A stretch of DNA of 64,000 bases, taken from the NCBI GenBank assembly GCA_002245135.1, contig NGBS01001161.1, positions 434,001 to 498,000 on the forward strand. Reading direction: 5' to 3'. The notes below the pieces were generated by a model. That model ran no database searches and was not told the origin of the DNA. It saw only the letters and a program-made list of their open reading frames with translations. The position numbers and the translations under genes were made by a program. This DNA comes from Proteromonas lacertae (lineage: Eukaryota). Each line of letters starts with the position of its first letter. Positions within the stretch are counted from its first letter, which is position 1. This document shows positions 14,757 through 26,079 of the stretch, piece by piece.

Positions 14757-15035
14757 ATTTTCTTTTTCTTTCTTTTTTTCTCAACATTATACCATTTTAA
14801 TTCTTCATTCATCTATAGTTATCATCTTTATGATATTAATATTATTTTTATATTATACAACCTCATCTTTCAAAATAATGCTTTTCTTATCTTTTTATTC
14901 TCCATAAATGTAAATTTCATAAAATAGTTTAACATAAGATGATAATATTCAACATTATAAACCGTCTAGATGTGAATTTTAGCAAAACATATTCAAACTA
15001 GTTTGATTTTTCAAAATATATAGTCGTTATATGAA

Positions 15036-18000
15036 ATGAGTTTTAATTATATAATAGACTATAACCTAATAGATGAGTTTGAAATTAAAAAAAAAGATGA
15101 ATGTTACTATTTCAAACATAGGTCAGAAGAGGATTTTCATTACTTTGTTTTGGTGAGAGATTGTTATGTAGATATATTTAACGAAATGAAAAGGATAATT
15201 ATGAAGAATAAAAACAATCCAGCCCTGCAGAAGTTTCAAAATTGTTTTCTAGTGTACGGTAATAAAGATGTTGGTAAATCCACTTTATGCTGTTTTATAG
15301 CCTACTGTTTGAATAATGATCCAGAGTTTGATGAATATAATATAGTGGTTTTTGGAGACATTGAGAGTGATGTATATTATTATAGATTAGCAAAGACTCA
15401 TATATTCTTTAAAAGAGATAATAGTATACCTGATTTTAAAACCAATACAATAATAATAAGTGACAATAAAGTTATAAGGGAAGATGATTTTAGTGATGCT
15501 GGTGTAATAATCATGATAAGTTCGCCACGAGCAAACATGTATAAAATCATGTCAAATAAACGTGCTCCAATAGAATTTTATATACCTCAATTTAGTAAAG
15601 ATGAGTTAAAAATAATTATTAATAAATCAAATGTTAAAGATAAAACCAAAACTTTAACAGAAGCAATTGCATATGGATATAATGTAAGGATGTGTGATAG
15701 ATCAGGTGGAATAGAAGATTATATGAAAAGTATAGAAAGAATAGCTAAACATGCAAAGAATTTACCATTATATATCCCACCTTCTTATGATGAAGAATTG
15801 TTTATATATAATTCAAATCAATTTAATGATATACCTGATAGATTAAAATATGTATCTCCTGAAGTAGAAAAATACATGTTGAGTCATTATTTTTATGATG
15901 GTAAATTCTACAGAGATTTATATGATGATTTTGAAAGAAAACTATTATATGAGATAGAAGGAGAGTTGTTTGAAAGATTGTGTCATATTATCCTTGAAGA
16001 TAATTCATATACAAAAGAAGGAATATTATCCAATTATTTAACTAAAGAAACATTTACTTATAGAAAAATGAAAGATTTCCTTCACCATCTTCAGTCTAAA
16101 GAAAAATTTAAATGTTTAGAGAATGGTAAAGCAAAGGATGTTGATGGTATTTATGTAGATTTTGGTCAGATTATTTGTTTCCCAGCAATTGATGGATGTA
16201 TTATTAACAAATTCTGTGTATCGACAGTACAAATGACAGTCTCAAATAATCATCCAACAAATAATACAGTGATTGCATTTCTCAATGTATTTATTATATT
16301 ATTTATATTTAATAGATGTTATATAACAAACATAAGCCAGAAATAATCAATAATGTTAGGGATATAAAAGATAAAAAGATTCTTGCAAATGCACTTTATA
16401 GTAATGGTTATATTCCAAAAGAGAAAAAAGAAAAATTGATAAACAACATGAATTATGCAAAGAAAACATTATGTGAAAGTTATGTATAATACTTCTATTA
16501 TATAATTCTATAGTTTTTAATTAATGAACTTCACAACAGAAAGAAAGAATACACATATATTGATTTTAATGGAGATGAAAAGGATGTATATGATATGTAT
16601 GATAAAGTAATAGAAGTAAAACGTTTTTTAAATGTAATAGATAGTGATAATAAAGAACTTGAAAAATTATTAGGCAAAAAAAAGAATAGCAAAAGAAAAA
16701 TTGACGATTTAGACAATAGACAAACAGATGTATTAAATGCATTCAAAAAATTTAAAGGAAATAATGATAAGCAAAAAAATACAGGAAAGAAGGGAGAAAT
16801 TGCTGTAGATGAACATTTAAATGATTGTACTAGTGATGATGATAGTTATGTTTTTATAATAGAGCTTGAAAAGAAGAACAAAGAAGTAATAGAGAAAATA
16901 AGAGAAAAAAGCACAGAAGATAATATATTACATGACTTAGATGATTACTTGATTGATGTGATATACAATGATAAGAAAAATGACAAAGAAACCATGAAGA
17001 ATGAAATTATAAAAGTATATATTATTATTATTATTGTAGTCAATTGAAGATGAATTAAATAATCTAGATACTAATATTGATGATATTTTTACTGAATTAG
17101 AGAAATGTAATCCAATATTTAATATTGTATTTATTGCATTCGAACATGATAAAGTAAATTCACCACTTGAACATGGTGATACTGGTTTTGGACAGTATGG
17201 ATTATTTAAAAGCAAAATGATAGAAGAAATGAAAAGAAATTATAATTGGGATGAAATGTATTTAGTAGATGAAAATGAAGAAATAGATTACATACCACAG
17301 AAAATAGCTTTATCAATAAAGTCGAAAAGATTAAGATTTTCAACTTATAACATGAAAAACAAAAGCACTGATAAATTAAAAGAATATAATGATAGTAAGA
17401 CAATACCACAAATATATATAAGTGAAACCCCAGATACATCAATAGATATTATACCCGATGAACCTTCAGTAGAAAAAGTTGAACATAAATATGAACTACT
17501 GGATCATATAATTGAGAATAATGAGAAAAAAACAAATCAAACTGTCAAAGAGGAATTGGAAGATGTGAAAAATATTTTAGATATAGACGAAGTATATAAG
17601 AATATGATAGATATAATTTTGAACAATAATAAAATAGTTGATAAAAAATATTGGATAAGCAATTATTTACAAGGAATTACTGAAGGTCGTACTAGTAGAA
17701 GAAGAAAATAGTAATAATAATAATGACAAAGAAGATGATGATGAATATCCCTATATACATATACAAGAGGTAAAAAAAGAAAAAGAAAAAGATGAGGAAA
17801 AAGCAAAAAAAGATGAATTAGCTAGATTAGGATATATAGAGAGAGTAGAAGAAAGAGATAATCATTGTTTATTTCATTCCATTAGTAGGCAAGTGTATAA
17901 AAATCCAAAATCTCATATGAAAGTAAGAGAAGAGTATATATTCTATTTATATTTTTTTAGATGTATAGCATATATGAGAAATCATAGAAATAAGTTTAGA

Positions 18001-18432
18001 GAATATGTAACTGAAATAGATTTAAAATCGTATAATAACGATTATGATAAATATTTAAATGCAATGGAGAATAGTAACATATGGGGTGGTCATACAGAAA
18101 TTCAAGCATGTTGCGAAAGATATGAAAGAAGTGCTATAATTTATGAATATGACAAAGAAGGTGGAGTGAGATTTCACAGTAGAATTGATAATCCAAATGC
18201 AACAAAAGAGCCTATTATACTGTTATATTGTGATAATAATCATTACAATACTTTAGAACTTTCTCCTCAAGAACAACCTCATCCAGCTGTTGTAGCTACA
18301 TCTGCAACTACATCTACTACTACTACTAATGTATTACAACACAAAGAAGATGTTAAAATTATATATTGCGAATCAAAATTTGGTAAAAAAGTAAATGAAG
18401 AAAGTTTTAGCATTAAAATAGTAGAAAATTAG
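15036..18432 (+). CDS. Crinkler/RHS-type P-loop NTPase + PD-(D/E)xK-like (REase) nuclease, with probable fused C-terminal OTU deubiquitinase
   Basis: Walker A GNKDVGKS (15258-15281); ISSPR and YIPQFSKDEL; GELFERLCH, FPAIDG, VQMTVSNNHPT; in-frame introns 16287-16315, 16484-16513, 17015-17039, 17934-17960; OTU motifs DNHCLFHSI, WGGHTEIQA, HYNTL; frame break near 17645-17700. Confidence 0.75.
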
Positions 18433-18929
18433 AAGAAGAATAAAAAGTAATTGTCAATCATTTATTAAATTGAAATATTATGTATTTTTATATGTGAAGT
18501 TCAAAGTAAGGCAGTTGTATTGAAGAATATATCAACGATTGATGTGATAATAAGTATAGGAGTTTCATTTAGAACCAAATGAATAAAACCAATCTGACTT
18601 ATAGATTATAATTCCTTATCAATCGTGTCTTTAGGAAGTAGTCGAAGCCCAGAAGAATGCCTAGGAGTTGAAGTACAAGGTTGATGAGATTGGACATCCA
18701 GAAAACTCATTAGAACTTTGCCACAACATGCTAAAGTCCCATTTATATACTATATAAATATCATGAAAATTAACAAGTAGATATTTCGAAATAATAGATT
18801 GAAATGTGAGTTTGTATATCCACTGTTGGTTATTTTATCATTTTACTAGCAATAATAAGAAGGTAGTTCTTAATTCTATTAAATCATGACAGAAAGTTTG
18901 GTTTATTATAGAAACGTCGTTAAACCAAT

Positions 18930-20268
18930 CTATACAACCCTAAAATTAAATATTACATTATTTAAAATTAATCTAATTAATACTCCACCAAACAGATGGT
19001 TAAAAAAGAAATAAAAGTTAAAGAAAGAATATATAAAATTGATTAAGATGGAAAAAAAAGATATGAAAATGATTAAATTGATTAATATACCAATACATCC
19101 AATTGTATAATAGAATATTTTCCATCTTTTGGATAGTAAAGCTATATCTCTATCTATTGGTTTCACATACAATGGAATATATATTAATGACAAACAAACA
19201 CCAGTTATAAATCCACCAACATGACCAGCTGTAGAATTAGAGGGAAAAGCAAAAGGTTCAATAATAAACAAAATAATAACAACAATCAAAACAAAAATAG
19301 CGATATATCTACAAATAAAATAACGTGGAACAATAAACTATATAAATAAGAGTGTATTTAAAAATACTTGTTCAATAAACAACATTGATATAACTCCATA
19401 TATACCGCCACTTGCACCAACAATAATACTATCATCTTTCATTCCAGACATTGGACTTAGTATATACATTGAACTACCCCATCCAGATATAACAAACAAC
19501 ATCAATATTATAAAACCACCATATTTCTTTTCCAATAAACTACCAAAGAATAACAATCCAATCATATTTTGTGATATATGTGACCAATTAATATGATGAA
19601 CAATCATTGTAAAAGTTCTCCACCATTCATTTTCTTTAAACACTTTTTCACGAATTAATCCACCCCATGGAAAGTTGAATATTCCCCAACATAATGTTTT
19701 ATAATTTGAATATCTATTTATTTCTATAATATTGATATATATATACTGACAATATGATTCATCACATAATGTATAATCTGGATTCATCTTTGGTATGAAT
19801 GTTTTACCTGCTACAGTTGCATTTATACAATCAAATGTTGTTTTACATTCTTCAGTAAACCCTTCTGGAGTATAATATTTAGTTTTACAACCATCATATT
19901 TAATCCATAAACATAGATAGATTGTTGTAATTATACATACTGTTACTGGAATAATAAATATGGCAAATGGCTTATGTGAATCTATATAATAACGATACTT
20001 TAGTAATTATAATAATACCATTGCTTTTAAAGAAGAATGCATAGAGTATATTATGTCTAATTACATCATATAATCTATCATATGTATCTTGTTCATCAGT
20101 CAATATATCTACATTTTCTTCATCTATAGGTATTTCATTTTCTTGTGATATTTTTGGACTTGGCTCAACTTGATCAGGATTTATTCCTTCTTTGAAATTA
20201 TGTGTTGTATGATCTAAAAAAGGTGTTCTTTCATCATCTTCTGGTCCTTCTAATTCATCTCTATCCAT
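18930..20268 (-). CDS. Rhomboid-family intramembrane serine protease (multi-exon); true stop possibly 19043-19045
   Basis: WWR...HH..WSHI..N, catalytic VGASGG and AGHVGGFITG, multiple TM segments. Confidence 0.88.
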
Positions 20269-20464
20269 ATTTATCACTTCTTCGTAAGAATAACTTCACG
20301 AAACAAGAAAATATTTTCGATGATATAATAAATTATACACACATATGCATTAATATCATACATTTAATGTTATTATCACTCTTATTCATTGATTATTTTG
20401 TTTTTGAAAATATAATGTTAGCTTGACATCTATCAAGCTTGAGAAATAGAAAACACTCAATAAC

Positions 20465-21855
20465 ATGAGTAGTATTGAGTTAAATAATGCAGGTAATATT
20501 GCAATTCATAGTAACAGATATAAAGATGCGATTAGACTTTATTCAGCTGTATATTTTTTACTTTCTATTTAAAACAGGCATTATCTATTGAACCAGAGAA
20601 TATAAAATATTATTCCAATCGTGCAGCTGCTTATATACTTAATGGAGATTTTGAAGACGCTCTTAAAGATGCTGATCGTTGTTTGACTCTAAATCCAAAT
20701 TCTTATATTGGATACAATAGAAAAGCTTGTGCATACATGGGCATGAACAAATTTAAAGAAGCTGTTGAATATTATGATCAATGTATGGAATAGTATTTTA
20801 TATATAATATTAATAGCTGCAAAACTGCAAGGCCCAAGAGTAACTTCAACAACAACAAAAGGTAGGACAGCTGCTAAGAAAATGCTTGAGAAAGAAGAAG
20901 AAAATTCTAAACAGAATAATCAAAATGATATGAACTTAATTACTACAAATAATACAACAGTTTCAACCAATAAAACAACTTCAAATACAGAATCAGATAA
21001 CACAAATAATGATCCAGATGATGTACTAAATGAATTTTTCAATGAAGTAGTAGAAGCAGTCAATCCACCACAAAAACAAGAAAAGAGATTGGTTGATGAC
21101 ACACCAATAGAAACATCCACTCCAGTTCAACAATTAAACAGATTATTACAAGTAAACTATAAATGGAAGAATTTAAATCCCTTTGTAGTATTAATGTTAC
21201 CAGAAGAAGCTACTAGAGAAGATATAAAACAAAGATATTATAAAGTATTTATTTATATTGTTAAATGTTATTTTTATTTTATAGTTGTCTTCTTTGATAC
21301 ATCCTGATAGATGCAAAGATCCAAGAGCAAGAGAAGGTTTTGAAATAGTAAAAAAAGCAGCAGAAGAACTATTAAATGAAGAGAGAAGAACTGTTGTAGT
21401 GAAATTGATAAAAGGAGCAAAGAAGAAGGTAGATCAAGAAAGAAAGAAATTAATAGCTGATGGAATGAAAGAATATATGTTAGGAAATGTATTAGAACAA
21501 CAGAGAGTTGAAATTGCAAAGACATTTGCAGATGTATATATATATATATAATAATATAATAATATAATATATTAATTAATAGGCAGAGCAAAGGAGATTA
21601 GTTGCTGAAAGGAATAAGATAAAATATGCACAAAAGGCAAGAGAAGAAGAACATGTAGTAATACAAGAAGAAAAGAAGAAAGAAAAAAAGAATAAGAAAT
21701 GGGGAGACCATAGAGAAGAACGTGTTGAAAGTTGGAGAAATTTCACAAATAGCAAAAAGAGAAGGATTATTAGTAAAGCAATTGAATTACCTAAAGAAGA
21801 ACATGAGAAAAAGATTGTTGTTCCTGGTGATGAATATAAGACCAATTGGAGATAG
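20465..21855 (+). CDS. TPR repeats fused to DNAJC8/Spf31-like J-domain protein
   Basis: TPR: YYSNRAAAY...ALKDADRCLTLNP..GYNRKA; J-domain LNPFVVL...IKQRYYKLSSLIHPDRC; DNAJC8-like C-terminal WGDHREERVESWRNF. Confidence 0.8.
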
Positions 21856-21901
21856 ATATGCTAATTAAAACAAATATTTAATAAATATAAGAATAAATAA
21901 A

Positions 21902-22596
21902 TTATAATGTCCCAAATTTTAAGCATTTTGTGTCATTGTGGGATGTTTGACATGTTAATGAGCAAAATTTTGTTCCACATCTAATACAAGACATATTACA
22001 TGGTTTTCTAGTGTATAAATCAATAAAGAAATTAAAATACCCACAAACAGCGCAAAATTTACGTGGAGGTGTTTTCGGTGGTTGTGACACTATTGTAATA
22101 TAGCTTGGATAATCACTATGTGCAGGCACTTCATGTCAACAACAATTTACTGAAATTAATATTATTAGACGATCTATAATATCTATATAACAATTTTTCT
22201 TACTTAACAGATGATCTTTTCGCTTTTCTACTCCTGATACTAGATTCTTCATCCTAAACAAGAATTATTTAAAAAAATACATCTAAAGTAAACTCATCTT
22301 CATCTTCAATATTAAAATCAAGATCATCATCAAAATTAGTCTTCTCTAGATCCATTAGTTTTGAATCAAGGACCTAAAAGGGTTATTCAACATACATAAA
22401 TACCTGTTTTCTAATATCATCATCTACAATCCTCATTGCCTTGCTTAAACTCTTTATACGACCTGTTACATAAAAAATAGATCAAAATACCAGAGGTTCT
22501 TTTTCTTATAGGCTTCTGTGTAGGTGCCATCATTGGCTGACCGCTTTCTTGCATAGCTTTATCCCATTCTTGTCTTGCTTTTCTATTTCTACCCAT
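21902..22596 (-). CDS. ZNHIT1: Zinc finger HIT protein, SWR1/SRCAP subunit (Vps71/SWC6/ZNHIT1-like)
   Basis: PPRKFCAVCGY...CIRCGTKFCSLTCQTSHNDTKCLKF; N-terminal LMDLEKTNFDDD segment. Confidence 0.78.
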
Positions 22597-22703
22597 TTTA
22601 TCAAAATTGTTCCAAAATATATATTCGTTTCAAATATTCTTTCCTTAAAAACTCACTCAATACTATAATTACACCAATTATACAATAAATTATATTAATT
22701 TAA

Positions 22704-25700
22704 TTACTCTATATTCAAGAATTCTTTTTTTATTTCACACTTTTCTTCTTCTGAAATTCCAGTTAGTTTTATCACTCTTATCAAAGGGAAAGCATCTAGA
22801 AATGATCTTAATTCAGATTTATCAACATTTTCTTTTAAGGTAAGTGATAACTCATTTATACTATCAAATATTTCTTTGCTATTTTTCATCAATCTCAATT
22901 CACTTTCATCAAATATATTACCTGATAAATTTATCCACTTTAATAACTCATATTCTTTTAACCTACCTATTAATGTTCTTAGCCCATTTTCACTCATTCC
23001 AAGATCTATACAAACAAGAATAATATACATCAGTCATAAAATACTGGAAAGATTCAACGATGGATAAAAATCTATAAATATATCTAAATATTTACATATT
23101 ATTTCTATTCCTTCATCTCCAATTTGATTATCATGAATTGATATATGTGTGAATGAATACTTTGGCAAAGAATCCATTAACTCCTTTAATCCTTTAGAAG
23201 TAATTCTATTGTTGGATAAATCAAGAGTTTTATAATATATCTGTTTAATAAATGCAATATGACAATCTTGAAGATTTAAATCTATATCATAATAAATACT
23301 CTGCGTTATACTGGATAAATCATATTTTCTATCATTACCTCTTCTATTCTTTATAATGCAATAATTCAAATAATATTCCAACTCTTCATTACCCCATTCT
23401 AAAGATTTCATTTGGATAAATGGATTCTTTTCATTTTCTAATGATTTTCTACATATTGACTTTATTCCTTCCATTTTGATGTTATTTCCTTTTAGATTTA
23501 TTCTGTAGCATTCGTCAATTGAGTCTATCATATTTTTTAACAACATTACACTCTCATCATCTATTGATGTGTTACTCAAATTCATTTCACTTACATATAT
23601 AAGTATCTTTAAATTATTATGAATAAGCCTAAACCCAGCATTACCAATTGGATTATCTGTTATAATAATATACTACAATAAATATACTGTGAATAAACAG
23701 AAATTCAACATTATCATTCTCTTTTATATAATTCATTAAATATTCTATTGCATTTCCATCAATGTTATTATCACTAATATCCAGCCATATCTTTGTATGA
23801 ATATTCTTTAGACCATCAACTAAGTATCTTAATCCAACTGAAGATAATCCCATTTCTATTTTTCAGTAAAAAGAAAAGATTAATACTAAAACAATTAATT
23901 GCGCTATATTCATCTTTTAACAAATGCAAATGTGGAGATAATATTCTCATTCCTTCATCTCCTATTTCATTTCCATTCAATTGAATTTCTTTAAGTCGAT
24001 AGAATGAAGATAAATTGTCAATCAGAATTTCAACACTTTCATACGTTAGTTTATTATCTATAAAATATAAAATATAATATTATACTTCTTAAATCCAACT
24101 CTTTCAATTCCTCCACTTCATTTGATCTTAATGTAATGAACAATTTGAAAATACCGTCATCAATATCTAAATTGCTGAGATTTAGTATATTGTAGCTGTC
24201 TTTGATGTATTTGATTAGTTCAGGAATACTTTTATCAATTAGCAATTCTTTACTTCCATTAAAATCAAATTCCACTTTTGAAAGTGGAAATTTAGAAAAT
24301 ATAGCTTTTAATCCATTTGAACGAATGTTGTTGTTTTCTTTAATATACAATTTCTCAGTTTTTGAATATTGAAATATAACTTCTGATAGTAATATCATTG
24401 ATTCGTCATTCAAATTCATTCTTCTTAAATCCAATTCATTTCTGTTGTTGATTAATAAATGAATATAAGGAAGTAATAGTTTGAAGCCTTTTGAACCAAT
24501 TGGATTTACTATTTCAGAATAAAACTATAAAGAAAGATAGAAATACATCGAAGATCTATATATTCTAATTTCGTGTTTGGAATTGATTTGATGAATGATT
24601 CAATGAAATTAAAAGTAAGATTACACTGAGATAAATATACATGTTGCAGATGTGATAATTGATTAAATAAAAATCCAAATAATGATTGATATTGGATTGG
24701 AATGTAGATGTGATTATTAATATCATCTAATTAAACATAAACTATCAAAAACTATACCAAATCTGAGTTTTGTTGGATTGATTAGTTTCAATATTCTAAA
24801 CAAATAATTCATCCCTTCTTCACATAAACACAAACATTTTGAATTGATTTGAATAATCTCTTTGTCATTATAATCAGTATCACTATTACATATCATTTTA
24901 TCTAAATAACATTTGTTCTGTTTATTATGTTTGTGATAAATCTTATGTTTTAGTTTATTTGTTATTGATTTATCTCCCTTATATAGTTTCATCATCAATA
25001 AGACTGACATTATCTTATCATCAGGCTTGGCATTATAATATTTCTTTAAATTATCTCTTATTTCTTCCTGTTTATCACTTTCGAGATAATATTCTGGTGG
25101 ATATATTATCGGAAGCTTATAGTTATAATTATCATTTTTGAATAAGATTTCTTTCCTCTCATTATATATAATCAAGTTATTATTATCTTCATCTCTCAAT
25201 ATTTCACTCATTTTTATCATTTCTTTTCTCAACTCTTTCAAACTCAATCTATCTTCATTTTTCACTTTCAACATCCTATTTATCAGCTCTTTCATCATAT
25301 CATCACATTCTATATCAAAACTATATTTACATCTCAAAATATTCCCTTTTGTTTTGCTTATACTATCATTTTGATTAAATGGTAATTTATTGTTTAGCAT
25401 TTCATATAATATACAACCAATTGACCAAATCACACTTCTCTCATTACATTCTAACCCATTTATCTCTTCTGGACTTTTACAACAAATATCACATAATCTA
25501 GCATCTTCTTCTATTCTCAAATCATTCAAGCATAAATCACATAACTTTATATCACCATTCTCTTCATATATTATGTTACTACTCTTTAAATCATCCAATA
25601 ACTATATCATATTCACTCAACATCATCAAAACATCACATAGAGTATATATTCACACTGCTGATATCATAACTTGATGATGATTTATGACAAATTACCTCC

Positions 25701-26020
25701 TCCAAATCTCTCAAGTAATGTTGTCGTAATATTATCACTCTACCAACATCTATTTGCATTTTTGAAGGATATATAAATGAACTACAACATTCTAATGTTA
25801 TTAAGTTTATCTCAGATAATTTCACTATTTTTTTTTCTTTTATTTCACTAATATTAAATATTTTTACAATTTTTATGTCATTTTGGTGTTGTATTTTCAA
25901 ATCTATTTCATTACTACTCCTTTCAGCATGTTCTTTCACCTATTCAATAGATATTTATCATCTTACATGAATATTAGAAGGTAACATTGAACACAATACT
26001 TCATTTATGAAAGATTTCAT
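22704..26020 (-). CDS. NEK-like pseudokinase-LRR, copy 2 (two apparent +1 indels at about 25650 and 25595; error or pseudogene)
   Basis: ATG 26020, intron 25940-25966; DLKSSN, KLCDLC, KSPEE, RSVIWSIGCILYE; LRRs colinear with copy 1 plus extra C-terminal repeats. Confidence 0.72.
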
Positions 26021-26079
26021 TTTTTAAAGTGTTTCAAAATAAAGAGTCGTTTCATTTTGATTAGATTTTGTTTTTTTGA

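Noticed and set aside
14760..18930. Terminal inverted repeats/TSDs defining a transposon around the NTPase-nuclease gene
   Set aside because: None seen by eye; a self-alignment would be needed
18930..19060. Polyadenylation-created stop codon (Blastocystis-type) for the rhomboid gene near TGTTTGGT
   Set aside because: Cleavage 5 nt upstream of the motif does not yield UAA in frame; a one-base error in the T8 run giving a genomic TAA is simpler. Other genes here have encoded stops
22704..26020. Calling kinase-LRR copy 2 a pseudogene
   Set aside because: The same type of indel hits RPL38 and the HECT ligase, so it cannot be distinguished from assembly error
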